Below are positions 51,276-63,498 of a stretch of DNA of 63,950 nucleotides, in pieces (within the stretch, counting starts at the first letter, position 1; each line of letters begins with the position of its first letter). The notes under the pieces are model-generated. The model saw nothing but the letters and a program-made list of their open reading frames with translations, had not been told where the DNA came from and searched no databases. The position numbers and the translations under genes were made by a program. Source of the stretch: Malacoraja senta (taxonomy: Eukaryota); assembly GCA_038087875.1 (NCBI GenBank), contig JAXLNO010003741.1:310001-373950 (forward strand). Direction: 5' to 3'.

Positions 51276-54200
51276 AATTCTATCACTTTTTTCACTTTAA
51301 ATATTTTTATAACTTAATTTTTGAATGGAAAAACAAGAATAATACAAGGAGATGTGTTCGGAAGAACGATGTATATGATTTTAAATTCATCTATTTGAGG
51401 TTCAGGAGCAAGGTCAGGTTTTATGTGTTGCACCTTCTGCTCGGTTATAGACCACCTTAGAAATAATATGCAAGATGTTAATATGACAAGAGGGGGTCAG
51501 GGAATAACATTTTGTAGTTGGAATGTCAAGGGAATCAATGAACCAATTAAGAGAGGTAAAGTCTTGGCACATCTAAATTTAATCAAAGCAGATATTATAT
51601 TCCTTCAAGAAACACACCTTAAAAAGGAATCCCAACACAGACTTAAAGCAAAGTGGATCGCTGAATCATATCATTCCTCCTTTTCCCATAAGTCCAGAGG
51701 AGTTTCAATATTAATTCGTAAAGGAATACCTTTTACGAATTTATCAACAATAGCGGATATTGATGGTAGATATATTATATTAGTTGGAGAGCTAAATGGA
51801 GAAAAAGTGATTCTTCTGAATGTATATGGGCCTAACTTTGATAACCCTATGTTCTTTAATAAAACATTTAATAAAATTCCTGAATCTACACAATATAAAT
51901 TAATAATTGGAGGAGACTTCAACTGTACATTAGATTCATACTTAGATAGATCATCAAGGCAAAAAAAAGTAAAATCTCAATCAAGTGTATTTCTAAATTC
52001 ATTTATTAATACCACTAATATTAAGGATGTCTGGAGAATAGAAAATCCAACTGGACGGGAATATTCATTTTACTCTCCAGTACACAAAACATACTCAAGA
52101 ATAGATTATTTTTTAGTTGACTCCACGTTTATCCCTTTTACTTATAACTCAAAATACCATAATATTATAATCTCAGACCACGCACCTGTAACATTTATGA
52201 TTAAATTAAATGGAATGTCCGAGAAACAAACATATTGGAGATTCAACCCGCAAATCTTGAACGAAAGATCATGCCAGGAATACATTATTAAACAGATTCA
52301 AATATTTTTTGAGGTAAATGATAACCCTGACACACCTACTTCTCTTATGTGGGAAACGTTTAAAGCGTTTGTTCGAGGTGCATTAATCTCTGCTCAAGTA
52401 TTTTATAATAAAGAGAACAGGATTAAACAACAAACATTGGAAAAGGAAATCAAACAACTAGATTTAGACAATGCGAGAACGCCATCTATTTCAAAACATA
52501 ATAAAATTGCTGTATTGAAATATAAATTAAATAAAATGTATTCAGAACAAGTAATAAAACTTTATCAAAAAACGAAACAATTACATTTTGAATTTGGAGA
52601 CAAACCACAAAAACTATTAGCACGTCAGTTACGAAAAATGGAAGGGGAAAAAATAATTCATAAAATTAGAACAGAGACAGGAGAATTATTAAAAATGCCC
52701 AAGGACATAAATGAAAGATTTCTCCAATACTATCATAACCTTTATTCAACTAAAACTGTAACACAAACGGAAGGAATAGCAGATTTTTTACTAAAATGTA
52801 ATCTAAAAGGTTTAGATTCAAATGATAGAGAATTATTAGAAAGGGAGATTACGATAAAGGATATTGAGGAGTCTATTGGCTCTTTAAAAAATGGTAAAGC
52901 AGTAGGACCAGATGGTTTAGGCTCTGAATTTTATAAAAAAATTTATGACTTGCTATGCCCACGTTTACAAAGGCTGTATGAGCATATCTATACTCAACAG
53001 AAACTCCCAGATACTTTAAATGAATCTATAATAACACTTATTCCTAAAGCTGATAAAGATCCGGAAGATCCGGGATCATATAGAGCAATTGCACTTTTAA
53101 ATACAGATCAGAAAATATTAACTAAAATACTAGCGCATAGATTTTTACCACAAATTTTATACCTATTTCAATCAATTCCTATATACTTACCTAAGAAGTT
53201 TTTTAAAAATCTCGACTCAGATATCACTAATTTTATATGGGATTATACATCACATAGAATACAAAAAACCCATCTGAATAAACCTAAAGTATTGGGGGGT
53301 CTAGCACTACCTAATTTTATGTATTATTATTGGTCAGTAAATATTAAAAACATGATTCAACTGATGGATAACTCCGCCCAGCAAGTAGACTGGATTGTAA
53401 TGGAGAAAGAGGATTGCTCCTCTAGAAACATTGGAGCGATCCTCCTCTCTCCAATGAAACTGAATAACATAAACTATAATAAGAACCCAATTATTCATAG
53501 TACAATCCGTATTTGGAAACAAATAAAACAAAATTTAAAATTAAGAAACTTATCACTTTTATTACCTATAGTCAATAACCCTTCGTTTAGTCCTTCTATT
53601 ATAGATAAAGCTTATACACAATGGGATAGACTAGGAATTAAAACGCTTGGTGACTTGTATGAAACTGGAAAATTACTTTCATTTCAACAATTACAAATAA
53701 AATATAAACTCGGAAATAATCAATATTTTAAATATTTTCAAATATGCGACTATTTGAAAAAATATACAAAAGATCATTATAATAATCCAGTAGATGTATT
53801 GGACGAGGCAATGCAGATAAAATCGGAATCAGCAAACTTAATATCATATTTGTATAATATTATTTTAAATGTACAAATACCACCTACGGAGGGTATCAGA
53901 AGAGACTGGGAACAAGAGTTAGCTATTAAAATTTCAAAGGAAAGTTGGAATGAATACTTATTAAACGTGCATAAATGCTCGATTAATGTAAGACACACTT
54001 TAATACAATTTAAAATTTTACATAGATTATATTATTCGAAAACTAAAATTCATAAAATTTTCCCAAACGTATCATCTATTTGTGATAAATGTCAATCCCA
54101 AGAAGCAACTATAGCGCACTCATTTGTCTTCTGTACAAAAATTCGAAAATTTTGGAATGAAATTTTTGAAATCTTTACAAAGTTATTTAAAACAAGACTG

Positions 54201-57200
54201 ATACCCAAAGCAGAATGGATTATCTTCGGAATAACGGAAGATGATCCAGAACTAAATGTGTTTCAAAAGAAATTAATGGACTATGGGTTAATAACTGGAA
54301 AAAAGCTAATTCTAAAATTTTGGAAGAAGGCTCCAATACCAACTATAAATATGTGGATTTCAAATATGTTTGAAACATTACACCTAGAAGATATAAGACT
54401 CCTCCTAGCAGGTAAACCAGATCACTTCCACCTGACGTGGTCTGCATTTATAGAATTATTACAAACATAGGGTGCAAAAGTACTTTAAAAAAATAAAAAA
54501 TTGAGGTCAGGTAAGGGGGGATGATAGTTGAAGAGTTGGTATGTCCTATTTACGTGATGCTCAAAAAAAAAACATTTGTTTCTCTTTTTTTCTCTTTCTC
54601 TTTTCTTTTCTTAGGGCCTATTTCTTAACTCTTTTTCTTTTTGTTTTTAATTTCGCTCTTATAGGGTCTTCGTCCTTTTTTGTTGTTACATTTTCTACAC
54701 TTTTCTACACTTGCACTTTTTCCTTCACTTTCTTCTTTCTTTCAATCTTTTCTTTTTCTAGTGTAAAAAAATAAATAAAGGGAGTACATTAATTGTAAGA
54801 AGATATAAATGACGAGTATTAATGTATGTGGTTGTAATGTAATGTACTTCTAATAAATAAAAATTTAAAAAAAAAAAAAAAAAGATTAAGTACAGTGATG
54901 AATAAAATAATACACCCTGACCAAACAGGCTTTATTCAGAAACGGTACTCATATTATAATCTAAGAAGATTATTCAATATTATTTATTCTAAGAGAATTA
55001 TTAATGAAGATCTGGCAATAATCTCACTCGATGCTGAAAAAGCATTTGATCAGGTTGAATGGTCTTATTTATTTTCAGTGATGGAAAATATGCAACTAGG
55101 GGAGAAATTCTGTACATGGATAAAACTGTTATATACAAATCCTACGGCTACAATATTAACAAATCAAAGGTTGTCATCAAAATTCAGCCTATCTAGAGGT
55201 TGTAGACAAGGATGCCCGTTATCTCCATTATTATTTGCTTTAGCTATTGAGCCACTTGCAGAAAGAGTTAGGGGTCATCCGGAAATATATGGGTATATCA
55301 CAAAGGACACAGTGAATAAAATTTCTCTATACGCAGATGATGTACTAATTTACATTACAAAACCAGAAATTAGTATTCCAAACTTATTAGAGCTAATAAC
55401 CCAATTTGGTTCACTCTCAGGATACAGAATAAATTGGAATAAAAGTGAAATTATGCCAATAAGGGAACATAACAAACACATAATACAACAATTTCCATTT
55501 AAAATAGGAAACGAAAAATTTAAATACCTAGGTATCTATGTAACTAAGATATATACATCATTATTTAAAGCAAATTTCCCCCCACTACTGAATAAACTAC
55601 ATAAGAATATTCAATACTAGAAAACACTTCCTATCTCAATGATTGGCAAAATTAATGCCATAAAAATGATTTTTTTTACCGCAAATATTATACCTTTTTC
55701 AGACAATTCCGATATATTTGTCAAAAAACTTTTTTTTTAAATTGGACTCTATTGTTAATGATTTTATCTGGGATTATAAGAATCATAGGATAAACAAAAG
55801 ACATTTGTGTAAATCAAAAATAAATGGAGGTTTGGTTTTACCCAACTTTCTGTTTTATTTTTGGGCAGTTAATATTAAAAATATGAATTTCTGGTTGGAC
55901 GAAATAGAACAACAACCAGATTGGTTAAAAATGGAAAAGGAAGATTGTTTGCCTTTTGATATCGGTTCGATATTATTTGCTACATCTAAATTAAACAAAA
56001 AAAATTATAGGGAAAACCCTATAATATTTAGTGCCATACGAATTTGGAAACAATTAAAAAAGACATTAAAATTAGATAATTTATCACTTTTTCTCCCAAT
56101 TGTGGATAACCCTTTGTTTAAACCCTCATGGTTGGACAGGGGTTTTACACAATGGAGGAATTATGGAATTAAAAATATGGGACAACTTTATAAGGAAGGC
56201 ACCTTTCTGACATTTCAGGAGTTGCAACAGACTTATGGACTTCGAGGAAATGATTATTTCAGATATCTTCAACTCAGAGATTATGTAAAATCGAATACTC
56301 AAAACTTTCGAATTAGAAATTCAGAAATTCTTGACGAATGTTGGAATAAACATCCTAATACAGAAAAATTAATATCTTATATATATAATATCTTATTAGA
56401 CAGTGACATTCCATCGACGGACTTACACAGACAAACATGGGAAAAAGAATTAAATCAAATAATAACGAAAGATACTTGGGAAGAAAGTTTACAACATATA
56501 CATCAATGTTCATTAAATGCCAGACATTCTTTAATACAATTTAAAGTAATACATAGATTACATTATTCAAAAACAAAATTACATAAAATCTTTCAACATA
56601 TCTCACCTATATGTGATAAATGTCAACATTTAGAAGCCACCTTATCTCATATGTTTGCAAACTGTACAAAAATTAAAAAATTCTGGGTAAATATTTTTAG
56701 TATAATATCTAAAGTGACCAGCACACAAGTGGACCCGGATCCAAAATTTATAATACTTGGAACATCAGAATTAAATCAAACATTTACAACAACACAAAGA
56801 AACTTTATTGATTATAGTATAATAACAGGAAAAAAATTAATTCTAAAATTTTGGAAAGGCCCTACGGCCCCCACAATCAAAATGTGCATTATAGAAATGA
56901 CGGAGACCTTAAACGTGGAAAGAATCAGATTTTCCCTGTTGGATAAACAGGAATTATTCGTTGGAACATGGTCTCCCTTTATTGATTATTTAAAGGGTCA
57001 GAATGGTTCAGCACGGGAACCTGACTAATGCTCGGGCTAAAAAATGGATGAAATGCTATATTCTGAAATGTACGAATATATCTCGAATGAAGTTTTTTTA
57101 TTTTAATAAATTTTTCCACTCTTCTTTAACTATCTTTCTCTTTTGTTTTTTTGTGTTTTTTGTTTTTTTTTTGTGTTTTTTTTTTCTCTTTTCTTCTTCT

Positions 57201-57391
57201 CTTTCTTTTCTTTCTTTACTTCATCTATCTTTTTAGTTCTATCTAGTTTAAAATAATAAAAAAAAGGTAATAAGTATTGGAGACAATGTAATAATAATTG
57301 ATAATATTATCATTTAAAAAATGTAAGACTGTAATGATGTTAATAGGTTGTGTACTTATCTCCAATAAAAAATATTTTCAAAAAAAAATAA
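51276..57391 (+). mobile_element. L1 LINE (outer element, ORF1-less, near-complete ORF2), inserted in an old CR1 remnant
   Basis: APE endonuclease (WNVKG, LQETH, GGDFN, SRIDY, SDH), RT (HPDQTGF, LDAEKAFD, RQGCPLSP, YADD, YLG) and CCHC C-terminus. Poly(A). 16-bp TSD AAAAATGTGAAGACGT at 51260-51275 and 57392-57407, at a TTTT/AAAA site. Premature TAG at 55618 and frameshifts at ~55670-55720. Confidence 0.93.
53144..54882 (+). mobile_element. Nested 5'-truncated L1 of a related subfamily inside the outer L1 ORF2
   Basis: Has its own 3'UTR and poly(A) ending at 54882. AGATT is duplicated at 53139-53143 and 54883-54887. Removing it restores ILAH-RLSTVMNKIIHPDQTGF in frame. Confidence 0.9.
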
Positions 57392-59294
57392 AAAAATGTG
57401 AAGACGTGAGTTCAGGGCATGCACGGTCCTGATAGAGTAACGGACAATGCAGGTGGGTGTAAGTAGATAAATGGAGGATGTGGTCAGGATGTAGGAGGCA
57501 TGCGACAGGAATGTGCAGTGAAATCAATTGTTTCCGTGCACGAGTTTCGGGAACTGAGGGGCGCACCTGAGAATGAAGTCAGGAGGGCAAAGGGGGACAG
57601 GAGATAGCTCCCGGCTAACTGGCTGAGAAATCCATGGGTAAGGGTAACTAGGGGAACTAGAGGGACAGGTAACTCTGCTGGTCGGGACTATTTTACAAAC
57701 AGGGTATTTAATGAATCCGGCGGCGCTGTCGGTCAGTAATAGTGGCGCCTCACTCGATTAACGAGAGAAATTAGCATAAACATATGTTTCAGTTACTTCA
57801 TATTTTCCTTACCCTGTAAAAAATGTTTAACTGGCCTGTTGTTTATAGCACGAGCTTGGTGAGCTGAGTGGTACTGTTCCTAAAAAATCCTACCCTTCCC
57901 AGCCGAGTGCCGCCTCACATCGGATAACACCGAGGTAATGACGGGCGTGTGATCGATGTTGCCCGTGGAATTCAGTAAGGCCTTTCGTAGAATCGTAGAA
58001 CCTTCTCTGGGAAGTGCACAATCGGCGCCATGTCCCAGCCATGTTGTTCGATGACTAGGAAGGAACTGCAGAGGCTATTTTAAACCGAATATAATCACAA
58101 AATGCTGGAGTAACACAGCGGGACAGGCAGCATCACTGGAGAAAAGGAATGGGTGGCGTTTCGGGTCGAGACCCTTCTTCAGATTCTGAATCATCTTCGG
58201 AATAAGGGTCTCGACCCGAATCGTCACCCATTCCTTCTCTCCAGAGATGCTGCCTGTGCCGCTGAGTTACTCAAGCATTATGTGTCTATCTTCAGTGCGT
58301 ACATATGAGTGAGATGAGATTTAAGTCGCATCAGGCTTAAGAACTATTTCATTCATAAGTTGGCAGACAGACCATGCAGAGCATGAAGAAATAAACTGAA
58401 GAAAGAAAAGTTAATTCAAGCCCTGATTTCCATTTGGAGCTGTCTTTTGCGCGGGAGTTAATTACACAACGAAATGATAATTTAATCGGCGAGAAGCAGA
58501 CGACTGAAGATGGCGACAGGATAGATATTTTTAATGCTGGAAAAAACCTAACTGGTCACGCATCATCAGTGTGCAATGGAACAACGTCGTTGTTTCTATT
58601 CAGAGGCCATGTTAATACAGCAAAATACTCGCGTTATCGGTAGGTTACAGGTCGTTGTAAATTGTGCTTAGTACATTGGCCAGTGGCATAGTCTGGCAAG
58701 GTAGAACAAAAAGGTTGGAGACAGTGTGAAGTGATCATGTGGACGGACTGGTGTTGGATCTGTTTGACTGGGAATTTTGAGGGTCGACGAGGAAGGCCCA
58801 TAACGTGCAGTATGTCTTTATTTTAATGATGAATTTCTCACTGTGCAGCCCATTCGCTATACTATTTCCTTCATGGATCGGTGACGGTGTTATTGAAAGC
58901 CCCCCGCGAATAAATATTTTGGTATAATTCAGAAATATGTCCTTCAGTTTCGAGAGCCCAGAACATAGAATAGTACAGCACAAGCACATGCCCTTCCGCC
59001 CAGAATGTGGCCAAACATAATGCAAAGACCATGTCTTATCTACCTGCACATAACCAATATACCGCCATACCCAGCATAATCATATGCTTATCCTTTTAAA
59101 TTCCACTACCGTATATGTGGCAACTTCGATCCCCGCAGTGATTTAGTTCAACTTGGCCTCACAGCATTGAAACTGGCCCTGTTCATGCTAACCCGTTCGC
59201 GCTACTTTAATATAATCCTACTTTGACATCCCCTCTCTACACGTTGGAGACGATTTTCATGGAGACCAATTACCCAACAAGCTTTCACGTTTTT

Positions 59295-59577
59295 GATGGC
59301 GACAGGATAGATATTTTTAATGCTGGAAAAAACCTAACTGGTCACGCATCATCAGTGTGCAATGGAACAACGTCGTTGTTTCTATTCAGAGGCCATGTTA
59401 ATACAGCAAAATACTCGCGTTATCGGTAGGTTACAGGTCGTTGTAAATTGTGCTTAGTACATTGGCCAGTGGCATAGTCTGGCAAGGTAGAACAAAAAGG
59501 TTGGAGACAGTGTGAAGTGATCATGTGGACGGACTGGTGTTGGATCTGTTTGACTGGGAATTTTGAGGGTCGACGAG
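59295..59577 (+). repeat. 283-bp apparently identical copy of 58509-58791, inserted into a SINE
   Basis: GATGGCGACAGGATAG...GAGGGTCGACGAG occurs twice. The paralogous site at ~42905-42930 lacks it. Confidence 0.9.
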
Positions 59578-59819
59578 CATCAGGAGGAAACCCATGTGTC
59601 ACAGGGAGTACGTGCAAACTCCACTTAGCGAGCCCCCGAAACCAGGATTGATTCATGTTGCTGGTGCTGTGAGGCAGCGGGTCCACCAGCTGCGCCACTG
59701 AGCTGGTCTCTCCAATGAGGTCAAATCGCAGCCTTTGTCGTCTCTACTTAGTGTAATAGAGACGACAATAGAGTCGGTTAACTACCTGGTCATTCTCCTC
59801 TTAATTCTGTCTCCTGCAG

Positions 59820-60763
59820 CCAACGTGCTGACGGCTTCGATCTTGTACCGGGGACAGTGCGGGCTCTCCAGAGGAAACACGCGTTACATGGTGGCGATGG
59901 CAATGTCCGACCTGCTCGCCATCTTCTTTCAAGTATTGCTCCAAGGAATCTACGTTTACTACACCCCTGACTCATACCTGAACCACACCACGGTGTGCCC
60001 TTCGTATGTATACCTACGCATCCTCACGCTGGACTATTCAGTCTGTTTAACCGTGTCCTTCACATTTGACCGTTTCGTCAGCATTTGCTGCCCGAAGCTG
60101 AGATTCACGTATTGCACGGATAAGACCGCCGCCGTTGTCATTGTGTTCTTGTTGGCGCTGAGTTGTTTAAAGTACATCCCATTTTACTTCATATACGAGC
60201 CACGATTCAACGTGGACAGTGTGAACTGGGGGTGCCGGCCCAAACCCGCCTACTTCACTTCCATCTGGTGGGTGGCTTTTTCTTGGATGTGTAACATCTC
60301 TCTCTACTTACTCCCTTTCGTCTTAACGCTGCTTCTGAACGGGCTGACGGTCAGGAACATCATAGCGGCCAGCAGGGTCCGCCGGCGCTTCAAAGGACTG
60401 GAAGGCAAAGACGCCGAGGTGGAGAATCGTCGCAAATCCATCGTCTTACTCTTCACCGTATCCGGCACCACAATATTACTGTGGACGACGGGAGCGGTGC
60501 CTTTCATCTGTACACGAATTATAATTAATTTTGTCGGCTCTGATCTCACAAGTCCCTCGAAAATCGCAAATGAGGTGGGGGTCTTGCGCATTCGGCTCAG
60601 CTCCTGCGCCAACACCTGTACCTACGCAATGACGCAAAGCAGGTTCAGGCTGGAGTCGAAGAACGGGATTAAAAGTCTCATTCGTTTTATTATTAAACCC
60701 ACGAGCGGTCGCGGCACTGATCCGAGTGCTGAGGTTGTAATACAACGCGGCTGTTCTCTCTAA
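59820..60763 (+). CDS. GPCR copy F exon 2, open but with no own exon 1 (recent duplicate of copy D; possibly incipient pseudogene)
   Basis: TCTGTCTCCTGCAG|CC AAC acceptor and near-identity to copy D. A 1-nt deletion near the C-terminus extends the tail. Substitutions W>C (SVCL), I>N (RGNT) and L>R in TM7 (VLRIR). Homology to the copy D locus starts only at ~57990 (=41605), downstream of exon 1. Confidence 0.65.
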
Positions 60764-60944
60764 TCCCATCAGTAAAACACACCATCCCATGCCCCCACTT
60801 GCGGTTAGAGGGGACTCGTTGAACGGGAGACCATCCGACTCGAAAGGTCGTCTGTCTATTTCTCTCCAGAGATGCTGCCTGGTACGCTGAGTCTACCCAC
60901 CACTTTGTATTTTGCTTAGGATTTCAACATATACACTGTTCAAT

Positions 60945-61408
60945 ACCCTCCGATGGCAGCGGAGAGATGAATGTTTGGCCAGGATGGTGTAGGTCCTTGA
61001 TGATGCTGGCAGCCTTTTTAAGGAAGCGACTGCGATAGATCCCCCGATTATAGGGAGGTCAGAGGCGATGATGGACTGGGCAATGTTTACGAATTTTTGC
61101 AGCCTTTTCTGTTCCTGGGCGCTCAGGTTGCCGTACCAAGCCACGATGCAACCGGTCAGCATGCTCTCTACTGTGCACCTGTAGAAGTTCGAGAGAGACC
61201 TCCTTGACAGACCGACTCTCCGTAATCTTCTCAGGAAGTAGAAGCGCTGATGAGCTTTCTTTATAATTGCGTGTTCTGGGACCAGGAGAGATCTTCAGAG
61301 ATCTGAACGCCCAGGAATTTGAAGTTCGTGATCCTTTCCACCATCGACCCGTTGATATAAACGGGACTGTGGGGCCCCATCCTACCCCTTCCGAAGTCCA
61401 CAATTAGT
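60945..61408 (-). mobile_element. Rex1-like LINE RT fragment
   Basis: MLTGCIVAWYGNLSAQEQKRLQK motif, with frameshifts. Confidence 0.78.
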
Positions 61409-61974
61409 TACTTGTTTTTTTTCGGGAATTCCCTAACAATCGGCACCTCCAGCATCGTTGCTGCTGCGAGATCCTGCCCGACGGCCTCGATTCCGGACTC
61501 ATTGAAATCCTCCCCGGTGTTTACAGGTAAGGTTCTTGCTGTACCTGGGCGCCTCCGCAATTCGGGGATTCCACTCCGATCGGGGATTCCCTTACCGTCG
61601 CTAACATCGGGAGATCGCAGTTGTGCTAATGCATTTAAATGCGTTAGCAGTTCGCTACTAACAACGTTGATTTCTGTGGATTCTCTGATGCAGGGTGAGT
61701 TCAAAAATACTGTATTTCACTATTTTTCGTTGTGCCGTTCGCAGAATGTCGCCGCAGGTAGGCGCCATCTTGAGCACCCAACGATTAAGTGAACAATTAA
61801 GTGAAAAATTAAGCAAACATTAAGTGAACTGAACTTGCTGACATGCATGACGTTGCGTGCATGAAATTTGTGCTAACCTTCTTGACGTGCTGCATATTTT
61901 TAAAACATATTCTTCTATTTTGAAGTTCTACAAGCATGCGATTTCTTTAATGTACTGATTTATTACAGGGGAGT

Positions 61975-63498
61975 TATTACAGGGGAGGAATCTGCCTACA
62001 GACAGGAACTGTCACAGCTGGCGTCCGAGTGCCGTGGCAACAACCTAGAGCTCAATGCTCTTAAGACAGTGGAATTGATTGTAGACTTTAGGAGAGCACG
62101 CCCTCCCCTCACCCCACTCACCATCAACAACACCACAGTCAAATCTGTAGAGTCTTTTAAGTTCCTGGGAACCATCATCTCCAAGGACCTTAAGTGGCGG
62201 GCTACCATCGACTCCACAGTCAAAAAGGCACAACAGAGAATGTACTTCCCGCGGCAGCTGAGGAAGCACAATCTGCCGCAGGCAATGATGGTCCAATTCT
62301 ACACGGCCATGGTAGAGTCTGTTCTCACCTTCTCCATCATGGTCTGGTTTGGCTCAGCCACCAAGCACGACACCTGGAGGCTGCAGCGAATCGTCCGATC
62401 AGCAGAGAAAATTATTGGCTGCAACCTTCCCTCCATTGATGAACTGTACACTGCAAGGTCCAGGAAGCGAGCGGGCAAGATGATCTCTGACCCATCTCAC
62501 CCTGGCCACGAACTATTTGAATCACTTCTCTCTGGAAGGCGACTCCGGGTTGTCAAAACTGCCATAGTCAGACATAAAAACAGTTTTTATCCATGAGTAG
62601 TTGCTCTACTCAACAGCCAAAAATCTGTAGCCTCCCTTTGATCTGGCATTTTGTTGGTTCACATGTTTGATCAATGGTGTTTTTATCAATAATGTCTTAT
62701 TATTAATAATGTTTAGTGTTTTCTGAGTCATTCGTAACTGTCACTTATAGCATTCATAGCAAAAGGATTTTAGTATAGGAGCAGGGAGGTTATACTGCCG
62801 TTATACAGGGTCTTGGTGAGACCACACCTGGAGTATTGCGTACAGTTTTGGTCTCCTAATCTGAGGAAAGACATTCTTGCCATGAGGAAGTACACAGAAG
62901 GTTCATCAGACTGATTCCTGGGATGTCATGACTTTCATATGAAGAAAGACTGGATATACTTGGCTTGTACTCGCTAAAATTTAGAAAATTGAAGGGGGAT
63001 CTTATAGAAACTTACACGATTCATAAGGGGTTGGACAGGCTAAATGCAGGAAGATTGTTCTCGGTGTTGGGGAAGTCCAGAACAAGGGGTCACAGTTTAA
63101 GTATAAGGGGGAAATCTTTTAGGACCGAGATGAGAAAAACATTTTTCACACAGAGAGTGGTGAATCTCTAGAATTCTCTGCCACAGAAGGTAGTTGAGGC
63201 CAGTTCGTTGGCTATATTTAAGAGGGAGTTAGATGTGGCCATTGTGGTTATAGGTATCAGGGGGTATGTAGAGGGCAGGTACAGGATATTGAGTTGGATG
63301 ATCAGCCATGATCATTTTGAATGGCGGTGCAGGCTCGAAGTGCCGAAAGGCCTACTCCTGCACCTATTTTCTATGTTTCTATGTTTCTATGTCACTGTAT
63401 GTAATGTTGTTACTTGAGGGCAGAGCACCAAGGCAAATCCCTTGTATGTGAATACTTGGCCAATAAACGTACTTATTACTTACTTACTTTACTTACTT
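61975..63498 (+). mobile_element. Rex1-like LINE 3' part, with (TTAC)n tail and a nested CR1
   Basis: ORF 62069-62596 has ELIVDFRR, SFKFLG, KKAQQRMYF, ESVLTFSIMVWFG and DPSHPGH. The 3'UTR resumes at 63390 and ends AATAAA..(CTTA)n. Confidence 0.85.
62746..63389 (+). mobile_element. CR1 3' fragment nested in the Rex1 3'UTR
   Basis: [15 protein letters not shown] and LKGDLIETY motifs, (TTTCTATG)n tail. TGTCACT is duplicated at 62739-62745 and 63390-63396. Confidence 0.85.

Noticed and set aside
61408-61792. GC-rich segment with overlapping 98- and 126-aa ORFs between two Rex1 fragments
   Set aside because: No protein motif recognised. Probably an unclassified repeat fragment, and I cannot support a call.
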